Source: Candidatus Delongbacteria bacterium
GTDB lineage: Bacteria; CAIWAD01
Length of the DNA: 64,000 nucleotides
Assembly (NCBI GenBank): GCA_963663545.1
Contig: OY760505.1
Span: 128,001 to 192,000 of the forward strand
Reading direction: 5' to 3'
The notes below the pieces were generated by a model. It ran no database searches, was not told the DNA's origin, and worked only from the letters and a program-made list of their open reading frames with translations. This document shows, one piece after another, positions 41,201 to 50,437 of the stretch; the stretch's first letter is position 1; each line of letters opens with the position of its first letter. The position numbers were made by a program, and so were the translations under genes.

Positions 41201-41950
41201 CTGAGAAATGCCGTGGAAGCGCTTCCAGCCACCGGACGGGTCACGATGACGAGCGAGGTAGTGAGCATTAGCGCCAGCGACGCGCAGCGATTGTTCGGGG
41301 AAGAAATGAACCCGGGCCGCTACTTCAAACTTTGTATCACAGACACGGGTTCGGGAATCGAACAGGAGGTACGCGGCAGGATTTTTGAGCCCTTCTTCAG
41401 CACCCGTGACCCGCAACTCCATCTTGGCCTTGGCCTGGCCGCTGTGCGCGGCTGGGTCGGCGATCACGGCGGCTACATTCACGTCTACAGTGAAGTGGAT
41501 CACGGCAGCAGCTTCTCGCTCTACCTGCCGCTGGCAACCCAGACAAGCTTGATGCAGGGAACTCAGGTCACCCATCGCCCGGGACGCATTTTGCTAGTGG
41601 ACGACGAGGAGTTGGCGCGCACGACCTATAGCCGTATGCTGGAACGCCTCGGCTACGAAGTGGAAGCCTATGCGGACCCGCACAAGGCGCTGTTGCACTA
41701 CGAAAACTCGCCCGAGACCTTTGCGCTGGTGGTGCTCGATATGGTTATGCCGGGGCTTTCGGGCAAAGAGTGCTTCGACCGCATCAAAGCGCACAATGAA
41801 ACACAACCCATTCTTCTGATCTCCGGGTTTGCCCTTGACGGCGACATGCGCAAAATGCTGAGCCAAGGGCTGGATGGCTATTTGCAGAAACCCATTACCG
41901 GCGAGATTCTGTCCCGCAAAGTGGCTTCCATCCTGGGCAGCGACGAGTAA
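38210..41950 (+). CDS. Membrane hybrid histidine-kinase-like protein (periplasmic binding-protein-like sensor, multiple PAS, DHp lacking His, HATPase, REC)
   Basis: VLVLHSY sensor; TM helix; PAS repeats; DTGSGI, FEPFFST, GLGL; REC with LDMVMPG; H-box reads GVSRN. Confidence 0.88.
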   Translation: MARVRPPLLPAVLFCLLALTGVLRASTEAVLVLHSYYPDYVWTQQLNKGISDILNARANLELYYEYLDSRRRSDDELKRDYYNLLQRKYSNVQLKAIIACDNSALAFLKRYPDLLPGVPLVFCGINNYRAELLADDRPSTGTAEVLKIRETVELALSLHTGCKRVILISDHHVLTAQLTEEEARKQLAPLADRITLEQVPDLPFPAMLRWLQKQSTEDTIALMLLYSKDSDGRNLPVIFAMDRIREACPVPIYAVWDFYLGHGPVGGVMLSGYETGRDAGRRTLNLLLGRDTSTMPIDTLEASHLCFDWETLQALNIPPHLLPPQAHIEGRPRSLAERLGIWYYILLGVLALETLLVTALISMTLQRRRTMAGLQLRQFIVDQADFPILVVDRYGRIQFINHSACQVLGYLRDQLLDKHISLVSPEVDFSPERFPTTYEETVSHSEVGRTTFLRNRQGRDLRYRLRMAPIKRGSETLCSITAIDQRDLQRQLEVLQYALKHAELGIMLCHKDGSIFYANDMLCTLTGRDREELLHQQVSQLDPRISEGWVDRQWKHLRRQGVLRMQMKRNVPQPGKGRCELWLEITINYVQMEESEFACVFLRDESASKASEQSLRLLAAKKSRIQRAARLGDFTIDMEKRMATLSEVAAELFGFEDKPGTYPLEELTRRVHPADLEMIQQFLSLPREEGVLEIPPHRVFSATQGEVWLRMRGRICRDAAGKIVSVEGSLQDITAQILTEQDLRRQHDFCVSLVETLPLGVSVKDLRRDLAYTVWNAEMARITGRSAGQVLGRKDEELHSEVLARRMRREDLRLLEAGNAKTERTLDLSTEKGTRIVHRTRIPLLDAQGVPTALITLLQDVSEQVTQERAERGSEKMRALEQLASGVSRNGGEQFKAILGYATLLEEELTEQRMRDYASAIVHASQQGADFTRLLQAFALDAKRMQVHVDMHRLLHDTLRTFSEELRPGIVLQQFLKAEDARILGDPDQLQLVLQSLLRNAVEALPATGRVTMTSEVVSISASDAQRLFGEEMNPGRYFKLCITDTGSGIEQEVRGRIFEPFFSTRDPQLHLGLGLAAVRGWVGDHGGYIHVYSEVDHGSSFSLYLPLATQTSLMQGTQVTHRPGRILLVDDEELARTTYSRMLERLGYEVEAYADPHKALLHYENSPETFALVVLDMVMPGLSGKECFDRIKAHNETQPILLISGFALDGDMRKMLSQGLDGYLQKPITGEILSRKVASILGSDE

Positions 41951-42042
41951 AGCACAAAAAGTCGATCCGATTTCCTCCAAAGACTTGCAATCCCGCTTTA
42001 AGCCTCTATCTTTCTCGGCTTCTTTTTCAAACGGATGGACGA

Positions 42043-42612
42043 ATGGGAACTTTGCTTGACTCGCTGCCGGTGTGGGCACTGGCACTGACCATCTTCTCGC
42101 TGCGTGTGGTGGACATGTCCCTGGGAACCCTGCGAACCATCGCAGTGGTCAACGGGCGCATTCGCACTTCCTTCTTTTTGGGCATGATCGAGGTCACAGT
42201 CTGGATCGTGGCCATCTCAGGCGTGATCTCAAAACTGAGCACTCAGCCCATTCTCCCGCTCTTCTACGCCCTGGGTTTCGCCACCGGAAACGCGGTTGGC
42301 ATTCTGCTGGATCGCCGTCTGGCCTTTGGCAGCGTAGTCTTGCGTATCATCGCCAACGACCGCGGCGAAGAAATGGCTGACCGCATACGCGAGGCGGGTC
42401 AGAAGGTCACAACGTTTACTGGCCAGGGACGCGACGGCGAGCGCACCATGATTTACGTCATTTGCCTGCGTCGTGAATTACCCAGACTGCTCGATGTCGC
42501 CTCCACCGTGGATCCGCAGATGTTCTACGTGGTGGAACCCGCTTCTGCATCCAATGCCAGCCGCGACGTGATGCAGCCTTCCGGGTGGCGTGCTCGCTTC
42601 AAGAAGAAGTAA
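42043..42612 (+). CDS. DUF2179/DUF5698 (YebE-like) membrane protein
   Basis: RVVDMSLGTLRT, YALGFATGN, G..VT...GQG. Confidence 0.88.
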   Translation: MGTLLDSLPVWALALTIFSLRVVDMSLGTLRTIAVVNGRIRTSFFLGMIEVTVWIVAISGVISKLSTQPILPLFYALGFATGNAVGILLDRRLAFGSVVLRIIANDRGEEMADRIREAGQKVTTFTGQGRDGERTMIYVICLRRELPRLLDVASTVDPQMFYVVEPASASNASRDVMQPSGWRARFKKK

Positions 42613-42704
42613 TCTGATAGTCGCTGCGCACCGCCCTGTTACGAGCACAAACGCGCCCCGAGGCACGTTTTACATCTCTGATTTCTGCAATGGATGAAGT
42701 CTTG

Positions 42705-43589
42705 TCAGGGTTGTAGCTGCAGCAAACGACGCTCCGTGTCCACAAGAGCCGTGGCTCCCTGAAGCAGACTGAGGCGCGGTTCGGCGTGACCGAACGGCAG
42801 GCCTTGTATCACGGGAATTCCCAGCGGCAGGAAGTACTGTTCGAAGAGCTCGGCCAGGCTGAAGGTGGACTTCTCCGCGTCGGGTTCCACGCAGTTGTTG
42901 AAGTGGCCCAGAAGAATTGCCCGCGTCCGCGCCAGTACTCCCGAATTCCTCAGCTGCGCCAGATAGCGATCCATGCGAAATGGATACTCGCCGTGGTCCT
43001 CGAGAAAGAGCACCAGCTCTTCGTCCTGCGGAAACCAGGGGCTCCCCAGAAGCGAGGTCAGTACACTGAAGTTGCCGCCCAGGAGGCTTCCTCGCGCACA
43101 ACCACCCGCCAGCACTTGGCCTTCGCGCAGATCCAGGCTCATGGGGGTTCTTTCTCCGCGCAGCCAGGGGGCCAGTGACGCGGCGCTGAGAGGATCGAGC
43201 GCGCCCACCTCTGTGGCCACCATCGGTGCGTGCAGGCTATTCCAACTGAGCTGCGTCCATAAGGCGAGTTGCAGCGCCGTCAGGTCGCTGTAGCCGACAA
43301 GCATGGGCGCATGGGTCACAGTTTCCAGTCGCTGCCAGTCCAGCAGAGGCAGCAGGCGTGCACAGCCGAAACCACCGCGCGCAGCCCAGACCAGCTCGGC
43401 GCTCTCGTCGCAGAGGGCGTGCATCAAGTCGTCGGCTCGTTCCTGATCGCGTCCCGCCAGATGCCCCCACGTATCACGCAGGTGTTTGCCTTCGATCAGC
43501 TCGTGCCCTTGCGCGCGCAACCAGTTCATGCCGCGCACAAGGCGCGCTTCGTTTACCGGTCCCGCTGGAGCTACTACATGAATTCTCAT
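42705..43589 (-). CDS. LD-carboxypeptidase (peptidase S66)
   Basis: ARGGFG, GYSDLT, GGN, LED, FGH. Confidence 0.95.
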   Translation of the reverse strand: MRIHVVAPAGPVNEARLVRGMNWLRAQGHELIEGKHLRDTWGHLAGRDQERADDLMHALCDESAELVWAARGGFGCARLLPLLDWQRLETVTHAPMLVGYSDLTALQLALWTQLSWNSLHAPMVATEVGALDPLSAASLAPWLRGERTPMSLDLREGQVLAGGCARGSLLGGNFSVLTSLLGSPWFPQDEELVLFLEDHGEYPFRMDRYLAQLRNSGVLARTRAILLGHFNNCVEPDAEKSTFSLAELFEQYFLPLGIPVIQGLPFGHAEPRLSLLQGATALVDTERRLLQLQP

Positions 43590-43704
43590 CTGCCTGCCTG
43601 AATACGTGCATCAACATCGCGGCGCCTTGAAGCAGGGCTTCGAGGTGAAATGCTCGATACCGAACCCGACAACGATAGCGAAACCGAGCGGGCTGCGCGG
43701 AAAG

Positions 43705-45051
43705 CTATTGATTGTACGTGTCCACCTGACGGTATTCGCCGAAGCCGCGGGAATCGACAAAGAGGAACTCGCGGCCCGAGTCCTCATACACCCAGCGTTC
43801 CCACGGCGGAGTGTTGACGTCGCCGCCTGAACGCTCGACGTAATCGGGATCGCCGTAGATCATGTAAATGCGACCGCGGTCGCTGCGCCAGCCTGCAAAG
43901 CGTGCCCAACCGAAGCGAGCGTCGGCATAGGCCGCGCGGCGGTAGTACTCGCGCATCAACTCGTTGAGTTCGGTTTCGGGCGTGGGGTCGACCTTCTCCC
44001 AGAAGTCCCGGAACATGTCCTGCTTGAAGCCCTGCGGCGCATCACGCATGTTGCGGTAGTGGCGCCCGTGCATCACGTAATGAAGTTGCTCGACGGCCAG
44101 ATTCAGATCAAAGCCTTCTCCGGGCGTATGCTTCCAGTGCACGCGAAACTGCTCGTGGCGTTCTTCACTGCGCACCAATTTGCCGTGGTCGAATTCTTCA
44201 ACAAGCAATTCAAAAGTGTACTCGCCTGACCCCAACTCCCCACCGGGAATCCGCAGGAGATTGCGCGCCAATCCCGCCGGAAAATGGCGCTCGAGCTGAC
44301 GACTGTGACGCACACGCTTGTGATGGTCGAGGATGCGCGTGCTTAGGCGCAGGCTCAGACTGTCGCGGGAGTAGAGTTCATAGAAGACGGCGAAGTCACG
44401 GCTTTGCTCGTTCAAACTGCCAAAACGCACCGGACGCGCGGTCAATGGATCGGGTTGGGTTGTGTCTGCGTCCTGAATCAGCCACACACCCGCCAGATCC
44501 CAGGGATCGCGACTGGGCTCGCTGACCTTGCACTCACCGTGCAGCGTTTGACGATGACGGGAGTTCAGGTCGACGAATTCCACCCACCACTCGCAGGGAC
44601 CGGGGCTCAGTTCCACTTCGAAATGATGCCAGCGCAGACCATCCTTTGGCATCGTCTCATCAAAGATGGGCGTCTCGTGCTGAAAACGCTGGTAGCGCGA
44701 CGCGAGCAACTGCTTGCCTCGGCGCACTTCCAGGCTGATCTCGTACTGGGCGCGATAACCCAATAGACCAGCTGCTCGATCCCCCGACAGGCTATCGTCG
44801 GCGATCTGAGCCAGACGATCCCCCTGGCACGGCCAGTTCTCGATGTGATCCAAACTGCGTCGCCTGAATTGCAGATCCGCCACATCCAGCATGCACGTGA
44901 ACACCTGTACCGGCGGTTCGTCGGCACTGCGGTAATGCTCGTTGAACTGCACAGCAAAGTCGGGCTCCCAGGCCTCCATATCGCCCGGCCGGTCCTGCGC
45001 CAAAGCAACAGTTCCCATCAGCAACAGGAGCCATAAACAAAGGGGCTTCAT
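43705..45051 (-). CDS. GWxTD-domain protein
   Basis: FW...DPTP.T..NE...EYYRR...GWRSDRGRIY..YG.PD. Confidence 0.9.
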   Translation of the reverse strand: MKPLCLWLLLLMGTVALAQDRPGDMEAWEPDFAVQFNEHYRSADEPPVQVFTCMLDVADLQFRRRSLDHIENWPCQGDRLAQIADDSLSGDRAAGLLGYRAQYEISLEVRRGKQLLASRYQRFQHETPIFDETMPKDGLRWHHFEVELSPGPCEWWVEFVDLNSRHRQTLHGECKVSEPSRDPWDLAGVWLIQDADTTQPDPLTARPVRFGSLNEQSRDFAVFYELYSRDSLSLRLSTRILDHHKRVRHSRQLERHFPAGLARNLLRIPGGELGSGEYTFELLVEEFDHGKLVRSEERHEQFRVHWKHTPGEGFDLNLAVEQLHYVMHGRHYRNMRDAPQGFKQDMFRDFWEKVDPTPETELNELMREYYRRAAYADARFGWARFAGWRSDRGRIYMIYGDPDYVERSGGDVNTPPWERWVYEDSGREFLFVDSRGFGEYRQVDTYNQ

Positions 45052-46367
45052 GCTTCCTCCCGGGGCAGAGCGTGCGCAAAGAGATCGTAGTGCAGGGCGT
45101 CGGTGTACTCCACCTCGAGGAATTGCCCGACGGGATGCAGACCGGCTACTTCTACGCTATTGTCGATTTCAGGAGCGTCGCGCCAGCTGCGCGCCACGCT
45201 CGTCGCCGTGTCGAGGTCCTGCTCCTCCACCAGCACGCGCTCACGCACACCGATCAGCGCTTCGTTGGCAGCCAGGGCGTGCTCCGCCTGGCACTCCATC
45301 AGCAGGCCCATACGCTCCTCGGCAAGCTCCACGGGCACAGCGTCCGGCAGACGCAGCGCGGCGGTGTCCTCTTCCGGGCTGTAAACGAAGACGCCCAAGC
45401 GATCAAAATGCCCGGCTGCAACGAAATCGTAGAGTTCGCGAAACTCGGCATCGCCCTCGCCGGGAAAACCCACGATCAGCGAACTGCGCACGATCAGGCC
45501 GGGAACGCGCTCGCGCAGCATGGCAATTCGATCCGCCAGCGACTGTGCATTGTCACCCCGGCCCATCAGCTTGAGGATGCGGCCTGAAACATGCTCGACG
45601 GGGAAATCCAGATAGGGCAGCACCGAGCTGCAGGCAGCCATGGTGTCGGCGAAGGCTTCCTCCACCAGCGGCGGATGGCTGTAAAGCAGGCGCAGCCAGG
45701 GGAATTGCAACTGATCCAGCTCGCGAATCAGCTTGTCAATCATGGACTTTCCGTAAAGATCGAGTCCCCAGGACGAGATTTCCTGCGCGATCAGATTCAG
45801 CTCCAGAACGCCGCACTCGCGCAGCTTCTTCGCCTCGGCAAGCAATTCCTCCAGAGGACGGGAGCGAAAAGCACCACGCATCAGCGGAATGCTGCAGTAG
45901 GTGCAGCGATGGTCGCAACCGTCCGCAATACGCAAATAGGTGGAAAAGGGAGTGCTTTGCAGGCGACGCGCCAGATGCAGCGGCAAGGCTTCACGATCCG
46001 CGGGAATGGCATCGGCCACGCCCAGCGCCAACTCACCGATCATGCGTTTGTACTCGCCCACCCCGTAGACGCCGTCCAATTCGGGTAGCTCGGCGGCCAA
46101 TTCCTTGGGCCAGCGCTGACTTAGGCAACCCATGAGCACCACGCGATCCACGCGCCCCGCCTTCTTCAGCTCAAGCGCTTCCAGCACCGCGTCAATGCTC
46201 TCCTCGCGGGCGGCCTCAATGAAGCCGCAGCTGTTGACCACAACCAACTCTGCGCCTTCGGCCTCATCCAGGAAGCGCGTACAGACGGGCAACTGCCCCG
46301 CAAGAATCTCGCTGTCCACCTGGTTCTTGGCGCAACCCACGGTGTGAATGTAGACGCCCGTGCCCAT
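45048..46367 (-). CDS. rimO: Ribosomal protein S12 methylthiotransferase
   Basis: GCAKNQVDSE, NSCGFI, CDHRCTYC radical-SAM motif, DAPEID TRAM domain. Confidence 0.96.
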   Translation of the reverse strand: MGTGVYIHTVGCAKNQVDSEILAGQLPVCTRFLDEAEGAELVVVNSCGFIEAAREESIDAVLEALELKKAGRVDRVVLMGCLSQRWPKELAAELPELDGVYGVGEYKRMIGELALGVADAIPADREALPLHLARRLQSTPFSTYLRIADGCDHRCTYCSIPLMRGAFRSRPLEELLAEAKKLRECGVLELNLIAQEISSWGLDLYGKSMIDKLIRELDQLQFPWLRLLYSHPPLVEEAFADTMAACSSVLPYLDFPVEHVSGRILKLMGRGDNAQSLADRIAMLRERVPGLIVRSSLIVGFPGEGDAEFRELYDFVAAGHFDRLGVFVYSPEEDTAALRLPDAVPVELAEERMGLLMECQAEHALAANEALIGVRERVLVEEQDLDTATSVARSWRDAPEIDNSVEVAGLHPVGQFLEVEYTDALHYDLFAHALPREEA

Positions 46368-47314
46368 CAAGCCTCCTCCGTGCTACCGCTCAGACCTTCA
46401 AAGAGCGCGCGCACGTAGGCGGAGGGATCGAACGCCTGCAAATCCTCAACAGCCTCGCCCACGCCGATCCAGCGCACGGGAATGCCCAACTCACGATGAA
46501 TGGCCAGCACGACTCCGCCGCGCGCCGTGCCGTCCAGCTTGGTCAGCACCAGGCCGGTCACGCCGGTGGCATCGGTGAATAAGCGAGCCTGCGAAAGCGC
46601 ATTCTGCCCCGTGGTGCCGTCCAGCACCAGCAACACTTCGTGCGGAGAATCCGGTAGCAGGCGCGCGAGTACGCGGCGAATCTTGTCCAGCTCTACCATC
46701 AGATTCTTCTTGTTGTGCAGGCGACCGGCGGTGTCCACCAGCAGGAGCTCGTGGCCCTTCTTCAATGCTGAGGAAAGAGCATCGTAGGCGACGGCGGCAG
46801 CATCGGCTCCCTGATGACTGCGCACCATGTCAGCTCCCGCGCGCTCGGCCCAGACCGCCAACTGCTCGATGGCGGCGGCACGGAAGGTGTCCGCGGCGGC
46901 GATCATTACTTTATGTCCAGCAGCTACGTGGCGTGCGGCCAGTTTGCCGATGGTCGTAGTCTTGCCTGCTCCGTTGACACCCACCACTAGCACCACGCGT
47001 GGCGCGCCGGGGCGTCCAACTTCCAGCTCCTCCTGCGGAGCTGGAACCTCAGCTTTATCCATCATGGATAACAGCTGCTGCTCGATCAAGGTATCCAGCT
47101 CGGTGTCGGCGTCGTGGCGGGCGGCCTCGCGCAGCCCTTCCAGCACGCGCTCGGTCATTTCCCACCCCAGGTCGGCGCCCAGCAGGATCTCCTCGAGCTC
47201 GTCCAGCATCTCGCGATCGAGCCGACGTCCCTTGCCGGCCAGTTCGCGAATGCGATCGCCCAGGTTTTCTCGCGTGCGTGTTACAGCCTGCTTCAAGCGG
47301 CGCAGCAGGTTCAT
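46367..47314 (-). CDS. ftsY: Signal recognition particle receptor FtsY
   Basis: [32 protein letters not shown]. Confidence 0.97.
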   Translation of the reverse strand: MNLLRRLKQAVTRTRENLGDRIRELAGKGRRLDREMLDELEEILLGADLGWEMTERVLEGLREAARHDADTELDTLIEQQLLSMMDKAEVPAPQEELEVGRPGAPRVVLVVGVNGAGKTTTIGKLAARHVAAGHKVMIAAADTFRAAAIEQLAVWAERAGADMVRSHQGADAAAVAYDALSSALKKGHELLLVDTAGRLHNKKNLMVELDKIRRVLARLLPDSPHEVLLVLDGTTGQNALSQARLFTDATGVTGLVLTKLDGTARGGVVLAIHRELGIPVRWIGVGEAVEDLQAFDPSAYVRALFEGLSGSTEEA

Positions 47315-48192
47315 TCGTCCTCCACATTCCATTTCAATTTGCGGCGCAGCACGCCAATAAAGCCCGGAGGCGCCGTACGTAATAGACGCAGTCGTCGCGG
47401 GCTGCGCTCGACAATCAGGCGTTCGCCCTCGCTCAACGGCACGCTGACCTGGCCGTCCACCATGACCCTCAGCGGCCGCCGGTTGTCCAGGCTTTCGCTT
47501 TCCAGTCGAGACGTGGCGCTGGCCACAATGGGCCTGACGCTGATGGAGTGCGGCATGATGGGCGTCAACACAATGGCTTCCATGCGCGGATCCAGCACCG
47601 GGCCGCCTCCGCCCAGATTATAGGCCGTTGAGCCCGTGGGCGTGCAGTGGATCAGGCCGTCGCCGGCGACCTTGAAGAGATCCTCGCCGTCGATGCGAGT
47701 GCGCAGACGGATGATGTGGCCGGGGTCCTCGCCCGTGAGCACCACGTCGTTTAGCGCATCCATGATCAGCGGCTTTTTGCCGCGCGGAATGCGCAGCCGC
47801 AGCATCATGCGCGATTCTTCGTGCAGGCGACCTTCGGCCAGATCCAGCAGACACTGTTCGAGCTGTTCGGGAACGGCCGCGCTCAGGTAACCCATGGACC
47901 CCATGTGCACGCCCAGCAAAGGCAGATCGCGTTTCAGCTCGCGCGCGGCACCCAGGATGGAGCCGTCTCCGCCCAAGGCAACCACCACGTCGACGGCGTC
48001 ACTCAAGCTGGCTTCGGGTAGAATATCGGCGCGTGCTACGCAGCCCAGTTCGCCCGCGCTGAACCCGGAGCGTTCAAAGAGCTCACGACCGAAGCGCAGA
48101 CGCAGGCCCATTTCCTGCGCCAGACTGCAGAAGCGCGGCAGCACTTCACGCAGGCCTTGGCGATCTGCTCCGCCACGCAGTCCGAGAATCAC
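47311..48192 (-). CDS. nadK: NAD kinase
   Basis: LGGDGS, ND, DGLI..TPTGSTAY. Confidence 0.95.
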   Translation of the reverse strand: MILGLRGGADRQGLREVLPRFCSLAQEMGLRLRFGRELFERSGFSAGELGCVARADILPEASLSDAVDVVVALGGDGSILGAARELKRDLPLLGVHMGSMGYLSAAVPEQLEQCLLDLAEGRLHEESRMMLRLRIPRGKKPLIMDALNDVVLTGEDPGHIIRLRTRIDGEDLFKVAGDGLIHCTPTGSTAYNLGGGGPVLDPRMEAIVLTPIMPHSISVRPIVASATSRLESESLDNRRPLRVMVDGQVSVPLSEGERLIVERSPRRLRLLRTAPPGFIGVLRRKLKWNVEDE

Positions 48193-48446
48193 GCTTCTCC
48201 CTCCGTGTCGAAGAAGAGGCCACCCACGGCGCCGCCGTCAAGATCGGGCTCGTCGTCTTCCTTCAGAACGCGCATCAGCTCCTGCTCCACCTTCGCCAGC
48301 TTCTCAGCACAATACTTGTGCAGGCCAATGCCTTCGCGATAGTGGGCCAGGCTGTCCTCCAGGCCGATTTCGCCTTCCTCTAGCTTCTCGACGATTTCCT
48401 CGAGCCGGGCCAAGGCCTGCTCAAAGCTGGGTTTCTTTTCCTTCAT
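48189..48446 (-). CDS. xseB: Exodeoxyribonuclease VII small subunit
   Basis: FEQALARLEEIV..LE.G...LEDSL. Confidence 0.95.
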   Translation of the reverse strand: MKEKKPSFEQALARLEEIVEKLEEGEIGLEDSLAHYREGIGLHKYCAEKLAKVEQELMRVLKEDDEPDLDGGAVGGLFFDTEGEA

Positions 48447-49899
48447 GATCTACCTCGCTAGTCAGCACGCGCACTTCGGCGCGTCCGTCGCTGAAGGTCA
48501 ATGATAGTGTTTGATTCGCTTCCAGTTCCGCCGCACTGCGCACGGGAATCCCACTGGCATCGGCGACGAGGGCGGCGCCCAGGGCGTGCAAACGCTTCAG
48601 CACTCCCTCGCTGCCCGCGCTACGCAGTCTGCGTTCCAGCTCGCTCAACCGCCGGGAACTCTGTGATACACGCTGATGCATGGAACGCCGCAAGCGTTGC
48701 GCCTGCACGTCCAACTCGCGTGCGTTCTGCTGTTGAAGCCGCAACAGCTGTACGCGCATTCTGCGCGGCAGGGCGTCGAGACGAGTGGCACTTGTAGTAC
48801 AAAGAGTGCGCAGCACCAGCCGTAGTCGCTGTTCAAGAGAAGGTAGTTGTTCCACTAGCCGTGACACACGCTGACTCAGGCTTTCGACAAGACGTTGCTG
48901 CAGCTCGTCACGCCGTTGCTGCTGCTCGCGCAGGCGCCGCAGGGGTTCGGCCAGTGCGCGATGCTCGATGAGCGAGCGCAGATGGCGCGCTTCGCGTGTG
49001 ACACGGTTTTGCACGGCCTGCTGCAGGCGATGCTTCAGGTGACCCAGGTGTTGCAGGAGTTCGGCGTCGTCGGGCACAACCAACTCGGCGGCCGCCGAAG
49101 GCGTAGGTGCGCGCAGGTCGGCCACCAGGTCGGAAAGCGGTGTATCAACTTCGTGTCCCACCGCGCTGACGATGGGCAAGGGACATTCATGAATAGCGCG
49201 CAGCAGCGCCTCGTCATTGAAGCAGAACAGGTCTTCGAAACTGCCTCCGCCGCGTCCCAGGATAATCAGATCGAGTCCCGGCTGGCGCCAGAAACGACGG
49301 AGACGACGGGCAAGCACCGGTCCGGCCAACGGTCCCTGTACGGGAGCGGGCATCAGAACAAGACGAATGGAAGGATGCCGTCGCCTGAGGATTTTTTCCA
49401 TGTCTGCCAGAGCAGCGCTTCCGGGCGCAGTCAGCAGTCCGATGCATTCGGGCATCTTCGGCAGGGCTTGCTTGTGAACCGCGTCAAAGAGGCCCTCGTC
49501 GTCCAGGCGCTGGCGCAGTTCCAGATACGCTTGCATCAGTTCGCCCAGACCAGCCGGGCGCATTCGCTGAATGTCGAGCTGCAGTCTGCCGCCGGGGCCG
49601 TAATACACGAGACGTACTAGGGCCTCCACCTGCAAGCCATCGCGCAGTGTGACACCCTGGCTTTCGGCCACTTGCGCACGCGCACGCCACATGACGGCGG
49701 AGAATTGCGCGCCGCCATCTTTGAGAGTCAGGTAGCGGTGGCCACTATGGTGGTGCTTGTATCCGGAGATTTCGCCGCGAACCCAGAGGGCGGGGAATTC
49801 TTCCTCCAAGCGCAGACTAAGTTCGCGAGCCAGCGCGGTAACCGTCCAGATACGACTGGCGGATTGCTCGCTGTTCGCTGTAGCCTCTGCGCCGGACAT
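48421..49899 (-). CDS. xseA: Exodeoxyribonuclease VII large subunit
   Basis: VRGEISG, SGHRYLTLKD, RGGGSFEDL, SAVGHEVD, RAPTPSAAAE. Confidence 0.96.
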   Translation of the reverse strand: MSGAEATANSEQSASRIWTVTALARELSLRLEEEFPALWVRGEISGYKHHHSGHRYLTLKDGGAQFSAVMWRARAQVAESQGVTLRDGLQVEALVRLVYYGPGGRLQLDIQRMRPAGLGELMQAYLELRQRLDDEGLFDAVHKQALPKMPECIGLLTAPGSAALADMEKILRRRHPSIRLVLMPAPVQGPLAGPVLARRLRRFWRQPGLDLIILGRGGGSFEDLFCFNDEALLRAIHECPLPIVSAVGHEVDTPLSDLVADLRAPTPSAAAELVVPDDAELLQHLGHLKHRLQQAVQNRVTREARHLRSLIEHRALAEPLRRLREQQQRRDELQQRLVESLSQRVSRLVEQLPSLEQRLRLVLRTLCTTSATRLDALPRRMRVQLLRLQQQNARELDVQAQRLRRSMHQRVSQSSRRLSELERRLRSAGSEGVLKRLHALGAALVADASGIPVRSAAELEANQTLSLTFSDGRAEVRVLTSEVDHEGKETQL

Positions 49900-50041
49900 G
49901 GTTCCTCGCTTTCTGGCTGGCTGTGCAGGGCACTCCCCAAGGGCGGAAAGGGCGCCGGCAGAAGGATTCCACCGGCGCCACATCCCTGAGAGTCCACTTG
50001 GCCAAAGCCAGCGCGGACTCCCGGCTGACCATCACAAGAAG

Positions 50042-50131
50042 TTATTTCTTCTTATGACGATTCTTGCGCAGTCTTTTTTTGCGCTTGTGCGTCGCAATTT
50101 TGTGACGCTTGCGCTTACGTCCACAAGGCAA
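50042..50131 (-). CDS. 30S ribosomal protein bS22 (AURKAIP1/COX24 family), 29 aa; not in ORF track
   Basis: GGAGG RBS, TTG start, MPCGRKRKRHKIATHKRKKRLRKNRHKKK. Confidence 0.88.
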   Translation of the reverse strand: MPCGRKRKRHKIATHKRKKRLRKNRHKKK

Positions 50132-50149
50132 GGTTTGCCTCCTTCCAGT

Positions 50150-50437
50150 TTACCGGTATCTGGATTGTTCAATCCGTTGTTTCAACTCCGAAGCAGGGCG
50201 GAATACGGGGACCAGGCGATCCTCCAGCCAGACGGTCTCACCCGTTCGCGGATTGCGCGCCGGGCGGGCCTTGCGCTCTTCCACCTTGAAAGTACCAAAG
50301 CCACGCAACTCTACGCGACCACCACGCTCCAGCTCTTCGCTCATTGCGCTGAAGAGCTCGCGCACGACACCGCGTGCCTCGGGACGGCTAAGACCCAATT
50401 GGTCCATCAGATGCGTGACCAGTGTATCACGGTTCAT
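50150..50437 (-). CDS. HU/IHF family DNA-binding protein
   Basis: VELRGFGTF, ARNPRTGE, FRPASELK. Confidence 0.95.
   Translation of the reverse strand: MNRDTLVTHLMDQLGLSRPEARGVVRELFSAMSEELERGGRVELRGFGTFKVEERKARPARNPRTGETVWLEDRLVPVFRPASELKQRIEQSRYR

Noticed and set aside
49905-50040. SRP or other ncRNA between bS22 and xseA
   Set aside because: Hairpins are present but no conserved SRP motif; more likely a terminator or stability structure
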